From Candidatus Woesearchaeota archaeon (GTDB lineage: Archaea; Nanobdellota; Nanobdellia; Woesearchaeales; DSVV01), in contig JBDRKY010000046.1 of assembly GCA_043813525.1 (NCBI GenBank), positions 13,053 through 77,052 of the forward strand: a stretch of 64,000 nucleotides of DNA, read 5' to 3'. Made by a program: the position numbers and the translations under genes. Below, piece after piece: positions 30,851 to 40,726 of the stretch. The notes beneath the pieces are model-generated. The model was not told the origin of the DNA. It worked only from the letters and a program-made list of their open reading frames with translations, and searched no databases. Numbering within the stretch: position 1 is the stretch's first letter; every line of letters begins with the position of its first letter.

Positions 30851-32131
30851 ATGGATGAAAAAATTAAACTAGCACTAGAAAAACAAAATCCATGGTGGTT
30901 TAATAGAAGTTTTGATACAGGTGTACCTCGGTTAGAATTTTATCCTGAACTTCACAAATATCTTAAAACTCCAGAAGTTCTTCTCATTTTGGGAGCAAGA
31001 AGAACTGGAAAATCAACACTTGCATATCAACTTATAAAAACACTTTCTGTTCAGCCAGAATCTATTCTTTTCATTAACTTAGATGAACCTCTTTTTCAAA
31101 GTAAATCTGATGACCCAGAATTTCTTACATCTCTAATAGAAGAATATACAGTTGAGCAAAAAAATGTGAATAAATTTTATATATTTATAGATGAAATTCA
31201 AAATTATAGCTATTGGGTACAAACAATTAAAACATTTCATGATGTAAACAAAAATTTGAAATTTGTATTAATTGGCTCTACTTCATCCCTTCTTAAAAGT
31301 GCTATGAGTATACGTCTTTCAGGAAGATATTTTAGTACTACAATTTATCCTCTTAATTTCAAGGAGTTTTTCTTGTTTAATGATGTGAAGAAACCAACAA
31401 TTCAACAAAAAAAGCAATTGTTTGGACAATATCTCAAATTAGGAGGGTTTCCAAGAGTAGTTCTGGAGAAAGATAAACAACTTAAACAAGACATTCTTAA
31501 GAATTATTTTCAAACAATTTATCTTAAAGATATTATCTATCCACATAAATTACGCAATAATAAAGATGTCTTTGATTTGTTATATTTTGCAATTTCTAAT
31601 ATAGGAAAACCTTTGTCATATAGAAAAATTGCTCAATTATTAAACATCTCTTTAGATACAGTCAAAGAATATCTTTTATATGCTGAAGAATCATATCTAC
31701 TTTTTCTAGTCAGAAAATATGATCCATCTGTTAAGAAGCAATTAGTAAACCCACAAAAAGTATATTGTATAGACACTGGACTTATTAACGCAGTATCTTT
31801 TAAATTTTCTGAGAATAAAGGCAGAATTTTAGAAAACTTAGTCTTTATGGCTTTGCAAAAAAACTATGATGAAATTTTTTATCACAAAGATAAGTCTGAA
31901 TGCGACTTCCTAATAAAGAAAGGTGCAAAAATAATAACTGCAATTCAAGTTAGTCTTACACTTAAAGATCCTGACACACGAAAAAGAGAATTAAAAGGTA
32001 TTCTTGAAGCAATTCATACCCATAAACTCAAGGAAGGTATTATTCTTACAGAAAAAGAAGAAGAAACTATAATTAATGAAAACAAGAAAATTTATGTAAA
32101 ACCTGTATACAAATGGCTCGAAGAATTTTGA
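30851..32131 (+). CDS. AAA+ ATPase (AAA_14 + DUF4143, COG1373 type)
   Basis: GARRTGKST, FIDEIQ, LSGR, GGFP, KVYCIDTGL, ECDF..IQV. Confidence 0.92.
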   Translation: MDEKIKLALEKQNPWWFNRSFDTGVPRLEFYPELHKYLKTPEVLLILGARRTGKSTLAYQLIKTLSVQPESILFINLDEPLFQSKSDDPEFLTSLIEEYTVEQKNVNKFYIFIDEIQNYSYWVQTIKTFHDVNKNLKFVLIGSTSSLLKSAMSIRLSGRYFSTTIYPLNFKEFFLFNDVKKPTIQQKKQLFGQYLKLGGFPRVVLEKDKQLKQDILKNYFQTIYLKDIIYPHKLRNNKDVFDLLYFAISNIGKPLSYRKIAQLLNISLDTVKEYLLYAEESYLLFLVRKYDPSVKKQLVNPQKVYCIDTGLINAVSFKFSENKGRILENLVFMALQKNYDEIFYHKDKSECDFLIKKGAKIITAIQVSLTLKDPDTRKRELKGILEAIHTHKLKEGIILTEKEEETIINENKKIYVKPVYKWLEEF

Positions 32132-32191
32132 TCAGTTAAGATTACACTTCCAAACATGATGTAATCATGTTTTAACAAGAATTGGCTGTTT

Positions 32192-32677
32192 TTGACGCAC
32201 CAGATTCACTTTATGGGTGTTAAACCACTAACTCCTGCAAAACTCAAAAAAGAACATGATTCCCTGCCAAGAAATCATCTTATTGCTAACAACTTCTTTC
32301 TGATAAGAAATATTGAACAGTGGGGAGAGGGAACTAATAAGATCGTCAAGTGGAGTGTAAATCATGGTCTTAAAGAGCCAGATTTCAAAGAAATTGGTGG
32401 AGGATTTATGGTTGTGTTCTATGCTCCGAAAGATATCCTTGCTTTAATCCCAGAAAAAGGAAAAACTGATCTTAAGGAAATGGGATTAAATGAAAGACAA
32501 ATAGAAGGTTTGAGACTGATGATTAATCGGGGAGAAAAGCTTACAATCCAAGAATATGCTATGAAATTTGATGTTAGCAGTAAGACTGCAAAACGAGATA
32601 TTAAAGAATTAGTTGAAACTGGCTACATTAAGAAAGTTGGAGTAAAAAAGGGTGCTTTCTTTGAGGCATGTCCCTAA
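32192..32677 (+). pseudogene. C-terminal fragment of RecG-C/HATPase_c_4 + wHTH regulator
   Basis: SLPRNHLIA..IEQWGEGTNKI, LNERQ..TAKRDIKEL; N-terminal domains absent. Confidence 0.7.
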
Positions 32678-32714
32678 AAACTAAATTATGTCCCTAAAAA
32701 TGTCCCTAAAAAAA

Positions 32715-32948
32715 TTACTTCCTAAACACCATTTTAGACAGCGTATCTCCAAACGCGTACAAAACAATAGCTAATCCTAGAGAACCAAGACCAACAATCA
32801 TTAAAACAGAGATTTTCAACAAAAAGCCGCAAATTAAGAAAACTAAAGCTAGAAAGCCTATAACATAGCTTGGAAGCCGATACCTTTCTTCTCGGCTGTA
32901 TACTCTTCTTTGATTTGTTTTCTTGTTTTGGCCATTACTTACCTCCAA
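32715..32948 (-). CDS. Small membrane protein (possibly frameshifted near the 5' end)
   Basis: Two TM segments; the RBS-associated ATG (about 32936) is in another frame. Confidence 0.45.
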   Translation of the reverse strand: MEVSNGQNKKTNQRRVYSREERYRLPSYVIGFLALVFLICGFLLKISVLMIVGLGSLGLAIVLYAFGDTLSKMVFRK

Positions 32949-33429
32949 GGGTCTTCATAGCTTTAATATTTTTCGAAAATAAAGGGATTTCCTTATTTTC
33001 AAGCTTAGGGAAGATTTTCTCGATTTTCTCAAAAGTTTCGATGAAATCGTATACTCTCTTTGTTTCATCGAGTAAATGGTAATTTTGCAGTTCAAACCTT
33101 TGAATTAAGCGCACATAGTCGTCGAGAGAAAGCATTTGAACAATAATCTCATAGAGTTTCTGATCTTTAGATTCTGCAAAACTTAAGAAAAATGGAAGTT
33201 GCAAAACAAAGCCAATATCCAAATCTGTAGCCTTTTTCTCATTTTTTTCAGTAATTGAGAGGAAAATGTCTAAATTAAGGTAAACTTTCTGAGTATAGTC
33301 AGATAATGTGAGATAGAAATATTCTAAAGCTTGTTTGAAAGAATTTGTTAGTTTTGTGTTTTTACCCATATTGTTGATAATCTCTTTAATTAGCTTAGGA
33401 TTAGCTTGAAACTGCTTTCCTTTCCTCAC
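32935..33429 (-). CDS. Hypothetical protein
   Basis: 164-aa ORF, no recognised motif. Confidence 0.55.
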   Translation of the reverse strand: MRKGKQFQANPKLIKEIINNMGKNTKLTNSFKQALEYFYLTLSDYTQKVYLNLDIFLSITEKNEKKATDLDIGFVLQLPFFLSFAESKDQKLYEIIVQMLSLDDYVRLIQRFELQNYHLLDETKRVYDFIETFEKIEKIFPKLENKEIPLFSKNIKAMKTLGGK

Positions 33430-33489
33430 AATTCGCCCATTTTTTACTGATTCCTCTATTTCTTTCTACATAATATTAGCTGGCAAAGA

Positions 33490-34125
33490 GGCTGCATCAA
33501 CATCGTTGGTAAAGGAAATAAACGTCGTGTAATTCCTATGAGTCCTTTAGTTAGGAATTTACTGCGAGACTTATTCTCACGACAGGACAGATTTCCTATA
33601 GCCATACGAACAATACAAAAGTACATTAGAGAAGTAGCTGAAAGAGCAAGAATAATGAAGCCAGTAAGTCCGCATGTATTAAGGCAAGGGTTTGAATATG
33701 TGCGAGTAAATGACTTAGATGGACATCAGCGAGGAGGATTTTACATTAAAAAAGAAAATTCGCAAGAATCAAATACTCATTTTGTACTAAAGCATTTGTT
33801 TACAGAATTGCATGACAATATTTATGTTGAGCAAGTATTTGGCGATAGAAGAGTAGACGCTGTGTTTTTGCTTGAAGGCTTCAAATTAGGTATTGAAATT
33901 GAAACAGGAGCAAACAGAGAAGATTATTTAGCAGATAAGATAAAGTGGTTAGATAAGAATTTTGACAGTTGGATTTTTGTCTGTCCTTAAAAGTTGGTTC
34001 CAAAGTATATGAAATATGTTGATAACAAAAAAAGCTACTGTGCAAACCCTAAATAAGCCAAGAAATTAGTTTTGGAGTTCATACCTCCGGAAGAACTACG
34101 AAACGATTTCGGCGAGATGGCTTAA
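33490..34125 (+). pseudogene. Chimeric remnant: tyrosine recombinase fragment joined to PD-(D/E)XK nuclease-like fragment
   Basis: IVGKGNKRRVIP...RTIQKYI...VSPHVLR (to 33684, no catalytic Tyr segment), then RVDAVF..GIEIETG with in-frame TAA at 33988 and 34054. Confidence 0.7.
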
Positions 34126-34294
34126 GAGCTAGGAATTTAGGGGTTTGGTAGCTTTTGGACAGCTGAGTTATATAGGATATATTACGGAAATATTAACCTA
34201 TATTTTGTGACGGAAAGAGGGCTTCTTAAAACCACTAAATAGTGACAACAAAACCATAAACTTTATAAATGAGTTGGCAAATACTAGCCTTAGA

Positions 34295-35776
34295 ATGGTT
34301 TTATTTCCCATAGATGAAGGTTCAGTAAGAAGAGAGACTAATTTTTTTAGTTATGTTAATAGATTTACAACTGTTCTTGAAGAAGTTCTTAGAGACATTC
34401 GTACTGTTGTTAAAAGTTATGACGAATTTCCTACTTTAGATAATCCTGAAGATATGATTCGTCCAGATTTAGTTCAAGGCTGGGAAGATCTTTTTGGCAA
34501 TGAGAGAAGAACAATTAGCACTGTTGCAACTGTTCTTAGTGGATATCTGAAAAGAATAAACCCAGATGATGATAATTCTGGAGATCCAATTATTGATGAA
34601 GTTTCTCGTTTAGAACCCGACACTTATGTTTGGCAGATAAGATATGGTAATCAAAAAAAGAGAGCCATCGATGAAGCTGCCAAGGGTTTAGAAGCTAAAT
34701 TAGTTGATAGAATCAGAACTGCAGCTTTTGAATTGTCTCTTGAATATGCTGATAACATTGGACGAGATTTAAGTCCTCCAGAATACGCAAGTTTAGTTCG
34801 TGAAACTCCTATTCTAAGAGTTAATGGAAATGTTGTGGGTGTTGCTCATAAGTGGCGCTCTGATATGTATAGAAAAATTGGAGTTGCTCAAGGTATTGAT
34901 CCAGCATTGTTATATGAATTAGCGTTTAAGACTGTTGTTAAGGCTAAAGGCTGGGATTCATTAGGAGATAAACAATTAATTGAAGCACTTGAAGGAGAAG
35001 GTGTGCCAGTAAAGATGTTTACTCGCTACACAGGAAGAAATATTCAAACAGAAGAGCCTATAACACAAATAAGAGTAGATTCAACTGAGCCAGATTTGGA
35101 TAAGGATTTTAATTCTGAAGGAAGCCATAATTTCGAAGGGCAAAGTGTTCATTATATCATTTTGCCAACAAAATCAACTTATGCTCAAGCTACTAGTGCC
35201 TTAGTTACAGCTTGCCAAGAAGATAGGTTATCAGCACAACCTACTGCTTTTGGAAAACCTAGAGGTTTAACCTTCTTAGAACTTTATGTCGCTAGAAAGA
35301 TGAATGAAGATTTATGGAATACTTCCTTTGATACTTGCATGGGCATTGCCTACTCAAAAGACGATAATCTTAGATTTAAAGTAAGTCCAGTTTGTAAAGA
35401 ATTAATAGAAATTCCAGCAGATTATAATATTGCTGGACTGCCTGTTGTTTATGCTGATTTTGATGGTGTCGAGTTAGACAGAAGTGAGGGAACTTTTAAC
35501 ACTTTATTTACTTCCAGAGATCAATTAATGGCAAGTCAATTTTATGATATCGCTTTTGAGGGAAACAGTGCTATAAAAGAGTATGCAGCTAAAAAAATGT
35601 TTGATAATTTCGAATATAGAAATGCTTTTGGTATTTGGTTATTAAACTTTGTAAATGAAGACCAAATAAGGGGCATCTGGGTTTACGATCGTGACGACGG
35701 CTCTAGTGCTGGTGGCAACCTTAACCTTCTCAACTATAGCCGTTTCCTTCGAGTAGCCCACCTTGAGACGCCGTAG
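34295..35776 (+). CDS. DGR target (variable) protein
   Basis: C-terminal VR matches the downstream TR. TTTATAAA box at about 34262 favours ATG 34295. Confidence 0.92.
   Translation: MVLFPIDEGSVRRETNFFSYVNRFTTVLEEVLRDIRTVVKSYDEFPTLDNPEDMIRPDLVQGWEDLFGNERRTISTVATVLSGYLKRINPDDDNSGDPIIDEVSRLEPDTYVWQIRYGNQKKRAIDEAAKGLEAKLVDRIRTAAFELSLEYADNIGRDLSPPEYASLVRETPILRVNGNVVGVAHKWRSDMYRKIGVAQGIDPALLYELAFKTVVKAKGWDSLGDKQLIEALEGEGVPVKMFTRYTGRNIQTEEPITQIRVDSTEPDLDKDFNSEGSHNFEGQSVHYIILPTKSTYAQATSALVTACQEDRLSAQPTAFGKPRGLTFLELYVARKMNEDLWNTSFDTCMGIAYSKDDNLRFKVSPVCKELIEIPADYNIAGLPVVYADFDGVELDRSEGTFNTLFTSRDQLMASQFYDIAFEGNSAIKEYAAKKMFDNFEYRNAFGIWLLNFVNEDQIRGIWVYDRDDGSSAGGNLNLLNYSRFLRVAHLETP
35668..35760 (+). repeat. 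DGR variable repeat (VR)
   Basis: 93-nt ungapped match to 35997-36089; 16 of 17 mismatches are at TR adenines. Confidence 0.96.
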
Positions 35777-35780
35777 GCGT
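35768..35780 (+). promoter_or_regulatory. DGR homing hairpin downstream of VR/IMH
   Basis: ACGCC-GTA-GGCGT: 5-bp stem with GNA triloop, 7 nt after VR. Confidence 0.75.
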
Positions 35781-35996
35781 GCAAAAAATATTAGAGAATT
35801 AAAAAGCGAAAACTATTTATTCCAGTATTAATTCAAATTTCCTGACTTAGAGTTTTTATTCATCTGAGTAAAAGTTTTAGGTCGTGGGCTACACGTCCTT
35901 TCACTAAGGCTTGCAAGAGTCATGAAATTCAATCACAACAGCAATGAAGTGATGGTGAACAAACACTATGTGTTTAATGGGTGAGGGGGCTACATG

Positions 35997-36089
35997 AAGG
36001 GGCATCTGGGTTAACAATCATAACAACAACTCTAATGCTAATGGCAACAATAACCTTAACAACAATAGCCGTTTCCTTCGAATAGCTCA
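35997..36089 (+). ncRNA. DGR template repeat (TR)
   Basis: 13 AAY codons in the target frame; intergenic; ends 7 nt before the RT ATG. Confidence 0.95.
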
Positions 36090-36096
36090 TATTATT

Positions 36097-37179
36097 ATGA
36101 ATTATCAAGAATTGTGTTCTTACCAAAACTTAGAGTTGGCTTTCAAGAAAGCGAGAAAAGGAAAAACAACAAAGGATTATGTCATTGCTTTTGAGAAAGA
36201 CATGAAAGAAAATCTAACTAACCTTCGTTATGAACTTCTTTTACATAGTTATCGACCAAAACCACTAGAAATATTTATTATTAGAGATCCAAAAACAAGA
36301 ACGATTAGCAAGTCAGATTTTAGAGATAGAGTTGTTCATCACGCCCTATGTAATGTTATTGCTCCAACATTTGAAAAACATTTTATCCATGACTCTTATG
36401 CCAACCAAGTTGGAAAGGGAGCATTGAAAGCAATTTCTCGTTTTGATGAGTTTACAAGAATAGCCTCCAACAATTACACTAAGAAGATATTTGTTCTAAA
36501 GGCTGACATAAGAAAATATTTTGAGAATGTCAACCACAACGTCTTATTAGAATTATTACAAGCGCAGATTAAAGACAAGAAGATATTATGGTTAATCAAA
36601 CTAATATTATCAAACCATGCAACAAAAGTATCAAACAAAGGAATGCCTTTAGGTAATCTAACTTCACAATTCTTTGCCAATGTTTATTTACATGAGTTAG
36701 ACTTGTTTGTTAAGCATATTATCAAAGCGAAATATTACATTCGTTACGTGGATGACTTTATTATCATCAATAAAAGTAAGAACAAACTGAAACAATTCAA
36801 GAAGGAAATTAACAAATTTCTTTTAGAAAAATTAGATTTAGAACTGCACCCAGAAAAATCGAGAATTATTCAACTACAAAAGGGGATTAATTTCTTAGGA
36901 TTTAGAATATTTCCACAATACAAACTACTTGTAAAAAAGAATTTGCGGAAATTTAAAGCAAAACTAAATAATTACTCTGAAAATTTCCCAAAGGGTTGTT
37001 CAGATTACGACAAAATCTATGATTTCTTAGAAGGTTGGACTGCTTATGCTAAATATGCTAGCACCTACAAGCTAAGAAAAGAAATATTCCAAAGTATTGA
37101 ACCAGTCTTTGAAAACCAAATGTCAACCAAAGAAATCAACAGATACCTCAAAACAATCAAGAATCATAAGAAATCTTGA
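36097..37179 (+). CDS. DGR reverse transcriptase
   Basis: RDRVVHHAL, ADIRKYF, GMPLGNLTSQFFAN, YIRYVDDF, FLGF; 360 aa with no endonuclease domain. Confidence 0.96.
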   Translation: MNYQELCSYQNLELAFKKARKGKTTKDYVIAFEKDMKENLTNLRYELLLHSYRPKPLEIFIIRDPKTRTISKSDFRDRVVHHALCNVIAPTFEKHFIHDSYANQVGKGALKAISRFDEFTRIASNNYTKKIFVLKADIRKYFENVNHNVLLELLQAQIKDKKILWLIKLILSNHATKVSNKGMPLGNLTSQFFANVYLHELDLFVKHIIKAKYYIRYVDDFIIINKSKNKLKQFKKEINKFLLEKLDLELHPEKSRIIQLQKGINFLGFRIFPQYKLLVKKNLRKFKAKLNNYSENFPKGCSDYDKIYDFLEGWTAYAKYASTYKLRKEIFQSIEPVFENQMSTKEINRYLKTIKNHKKS

Positions 37180-37426
37180 CGCACAAATACACAAAACAGC
37201 AGCAAGCTTTTTATATCAGTAAGTCTTCTATCACGATAAGTTGGCGTTTACAGCCAAATACCAAAAGTGAGCTGAGATAAGAAAATTTGATGCGCAATAA
37301 GCAAGAAGGCGTTTTGCGCAAGAGGCTTTGAAAGCCACAAATTCTTAGCGCAGAAGTAATTACTAGAGAAAAGTAACAAATGTGCAAACATTTACCAATT
37401 CTCGTCGAAAACCTTAAGATAAACAT

Positions 37427-37466
37427 TTATAGCCAAAGTTTGACAGTTGTCAAACTGAAGTTATAA
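37427..37466. repeat. Family G end-hairpin copy
   Basis: AGTTTGAC-AGTT-GTCAAACT followed by GAAGTTATAA, as in the other copies. Confidence 0.7.
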
Positions 37467-37555
37467 TCAAATTTCTAAAAAAACCATCCTATTAAAGCTT
37501 TAGGACTCTCTTCTTTCATTAATCTATTATATAATTCAGCTAATCTTTTAATAGA

Positions 37556-38332
37556 TTAATGCCCTTTTGACTCTTCTGCCATTGCCAGAAAATATTTCAA
37601 TGTAATTCTGTATTGTTCTTGTATCTCTTTATTATCAAGACAAACAAGTTTACTGTTTCTTATTACAGATCCGCTTAATTGTGAACAGTGATATTGTTTT
37701 ACTGGGCTGCTTTCTTTTAATCCTATCATACTGCCAACATTGCTTGATCCGTATTCATCTTTGTCTGGCTCGATTTTTCCATTGATATATCTCTCAACAA
37801 AGTTTGCCTCTTCCAGAACTCTGTAAAATTCTTCAGTATCTGTTGTAGGGCTCTCTCTTTTTTCTCCAGCATCATGTTCTTTTTCAGATTCCATATCTCC
37901 AATAACCTCATAGACTAAAGCAAAGCTTTTTATTCTTCCGTTAGTGTGCATATCTAATGTTGCATGATAGACTTCACTTGTTGTGCATGCATCAAAACTT
38001 ACAGTGTAAGAATAAGTTATTATTTCTCTTCCATTTATTGATTTTCCTTTATACTCTCGTCCATATTTTCTGACTAATGCAATAGCTCTTTGAACCAGAT
38101 CTTTAGCTGAATGTTGCTGTTCATCTAAGTTATCTTTTGGTAATCTTGTTTCTTGTTCTTCAGGCAGTCTTATGTGCTGTTCTGTAGGTGTTGTTATTTG
38201 TTGGTCAGGCGGCTCATTTTGTTCTTGCGCATATGCATTTGCAATAAACTCTAATCCATTCTCTATCACTCTTGGTATTGATAAAAATGCAAATCCTGCA
38301 ATTACTCCTTCTAATAATCTTCGTCTTTTCAT
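37556..38332 (-). CDS. Hypothetical exported protein (Tat-like N-terminus)
   Basis: MKRRRLL + hydrophobic stretch + AYA. Confidence 0.6.
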   Translation of the reverse strand: MKRRRLLEGVIAGFAFLSIPRVIENGLEFIANAYAQEQNEPPDQQITTPTEQHIRLPEEQETRLPKDNLDEQQHSAKDLVQRAIALVRKYGREYKGKSINGREIITYSYTVSFDACTTSEVYHATLDMHTNGRIKSFALVYEVIGDMESEKEHDAGEKRESPTTDTEEFYRVLEEANFVERYINGKIEPDKDEYGSSNVGSMIGLKESSPVKQYHCSQLSGSVIRNSKLVCLDNKEIQEQYRITLKYFLAMAEESKGH

Positions 38333-38502
38333 ATCTCTATATAATACATCCTTATATAAATATGTTTTTATAGACGATAAATTTATCTATATATTATTCG
38401 GAAATATTGATATTAAGAACGAAAAAACATAATGTTAATCAACTTGTTTTGTACTTTTATTGATTATTTATAATTTTCAATTCATAATATCTGAATGCTT
38501 TA

Positions 38503-39660
38503 TTATTTATCATATTCGCAGCTTTTTGGGAGTATTAATACTAATCTCGGATGGCTTGGTTTTTGTTTTTGCTCTTCTGCAATATTTCCATAGTCTACAA
38601 TATGTGCAGCACCTATCACAACTGCCATATTACCAACATAATTATTATTATTACCTGCATAACCATTATCACTTGCATAACCATTAATACCTTTAGCTAA
38701 TCTGTCAGATATAGTTAATGTATTGTTATAGCTTTCCCAGCTTCTTTTTTTATTTCTTTGATTTTCTTTTTCTATTAATCCTATCGCTTCTTGAAGTTCA
38801 CTTTCACTCATGTTTTCCGTGTCTTTGGCTATTTTAACTAATCTTTTATAACCTCTTTGCTGTTCTGGGCTTTGGTTTTCCCAGCCATATATTTTTATAC
38901 CTTTTAAATAACATAATATATGGAATAGATCAGTATGTGATTTAGGGAGAACTATCCTGAGTTCATCGTCATTTAACCCAAGCATTAATCTCCTGTCCTG
39001 TTCAGAAACTTCTGTATTTGCTTTTTCTGATATATCACTTTCAGCCATCATAAACCCTTCTAATGTCACTGCATCTATTATTCCTTTCCCATGTATTTCT
39101 CTTATTTCTCTGTATAATTGTATCTGGCATTCAAGTGAGCCTTTCTCATAAATAATCTCATCTTTATCACTTTTTGACATAGTGTCTGGATGATACTGTA
39201 GAAATACATAGATTGTTCTTTGATCATTTTTGTGTTCTAATAATACCTGATATTCTCCATTAAGATTTCTAAGATAAGATTCAGCTGATTTAGCTCTTTG
39301 TTCTATTGTATCTGCTGTTAAATCTTTTTTTTCTGTAATCCCTATAATCCCTACATTCTTTATTTCTGTAGCTTTTTTTCCTGCAGTATTTGTTCCTGTA
39401 TATTCTGAATATTCAAGCTCAGTATCAACATGAGCAATACGATCTTCTGTTGTGTCACCAGAATCATAATTATTTCCTAATGCAAAATAAGCAGCAATCC
39501 CGCCAAATAATAAGGCTCCTGCTCCTAAAATTGGTTTCCAATATCTTTTTACATTTGCCAAAAAACCTATATATTTAGATGCAGAACTATTTCTTTTTTT
39601 CATATCTTTAGTTCTTTTTGGCTTTCTATAGTGTTTCTTTCTACTATTGGCTTTTCCCAT
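38503..39660 (-). CDS. Hypothetical membrane-anchored protein
   Basis: Basic N-terminus, one TM segment, LEG and VVIGAAH motifs. Confidence 0.65.
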   Translation of the reverse strand: MGKANSRKKHYRKPKRTKDMKKRNSSASKYIGFLANVKRYWKPILGAGALLFGGIAAYFALGNNYDSGDTTEDRIAHVDTELEYSEYTGTNTAGKKATEIKNVGIIGITEKKDLTADTIEQRAKSAESYLRNLNGEYQVLLEHKNDQRTIYVFLQYHPDTMSKSDKDEIIYEKGSLECQIQLYREIREIHGKGIIDAVTLEGFMMAESDISEKANTEVSEQDRRLMLGLNDDELRIVLPKSHTDLFHILCYLKGIKIYGWENQSPEQQRGYKRLVKIAKDTENMSESELQEAIGLIEKENQRNKKRSWESYNNTLTISDRLAKGINGYASDNGYAGNNNNYVGNMAVVIGAAHIVDYGNIAEEQKQKPSHPRLVLILPKSCEYDK

Positions 39661-39770
39661 TTTATTAATATTGATATTTAATGATTATTTATAAATTTAA
39701 TCATATTTAATACTAATAAGTAGTAACAAAATCGAAAACTTTATAAATAATAGGTTTTCAGGAGTATTAT

Positions 39771-40676
39771 ATGGCAAAAAATGATGGTTTAGAGGGTTAT
39801 TATAATATCGTCAATACAACTATTGCTCTTGATTATCTTCTTGATAATAAATATAGTAATGATGCTCGTATATTTGAAAGTGATAAAGAAGATTTTTATG
39901 CTATTGGATTGGAACATGTAAAGATTGGCAGAAAAACATTAGCAGAACTCCTTGGGATTGAAACAGACAGGCTTACAGACCTAACTCCTGAAGCAGAAAC
40001 TATCCATCAAGAAGCACATCAACTGGTTGAATCTTTCTTAGGCAGAAGCTTTGCTCAAAGAGAGGTATATGCAATCAGTGGCTTAAACATTGTAGGTGCT
40101 TCATTCCCAATTTTACCTGTAATTTTGATTGATTCAGATATTACAGGATTAAAGCCTGATTATTCTGATTATCTTGTTTTTGCTGTAGATAATAAGGAAA
40201 TAACTGGTAAATTATTGAAACCTAATGATTATTTAATGTCTATTTTATGCCATGAATATGGGCATCAGGTTTTTAGTGAATGTTATAAGCAAGAAATTGA
40301 ACACTTAATTTCAAGATATTTGCCAAGTTTAAACAGCTTGTCTGACTCAAATCAAGATGAACCAGAATTACGGGCAAGACTATCTATTGATGAAGCATTT
40401 GCATTTTGGTTTGGTGAAGAAGTTTATGGTGTGAGTCATTTATCTGAAGCTCTTGCAAATATATATGAAAAAAGATTAGATAGCAGGCTTATGAAACATA
40501 TATATTCTGTTCTAAAAACAAAATCTAAACAACATGGAAAACAATATGTTCTTGATAATTTTGTTGATATTGTATCTGATAACATAGATAATATATTGCC
40601 TGTTAGGCTTAGAGCAACTTGTCTTGCTGTATTGTTGAATGATGATTCATCAATTTATACTGGTCAAATTAAGTAA
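39771..40676 (+). CDS. Putative zinc metallopeptidase (HExxH...E)
   Basis: ILCHEYGHQ followed by DEAFA. Confidence 0.6.
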   Translation: MAKNDGLEGYYNIVNTTIALDYLLDNKYSNDARIFESDKEDFYAIGLEHVKIGRKTLAELLGIETDRLTDLTPEAETIHQEAHQLVESFLGRSFAQREVYAISGLNIVGASFPILPVILIDSDITGLKPDYSDYLVFAVDNKEITGKLLKPNDYLMSILCHEYGHQVFSECYKQEIEHLISRYLPSLNSLSDSNQDEPELRARLSIDEAFAFWFGEEVYGVSHLSEALANIYEKRLDSRLMKHIYSVLKTKSKQHGKQYVLDNFVDIVSDNIDNILPVRLRATCLAVLLNDDSSIYTGQIK

Positions 40677-40726
40677 TTGTCCTTAACTAAATCTTTATAA
40701 AACTGAATTGATTACTTGGATCTATA

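Noticed and set aside
32668..32712. Three copies of ATGTCCCTAAAAA
   Set aside because: Short, irregularly spaced repeat at the end of a truncated regulator gene; no spacer structure, so not CRISPR or clear iterons.
36097..37179. RT as group II intron or retron
   Set aside because: No intron domain V/VI or maturase/endonuclease extension and no retron VTG motif; the TR/VR pair explains it as a DGR.
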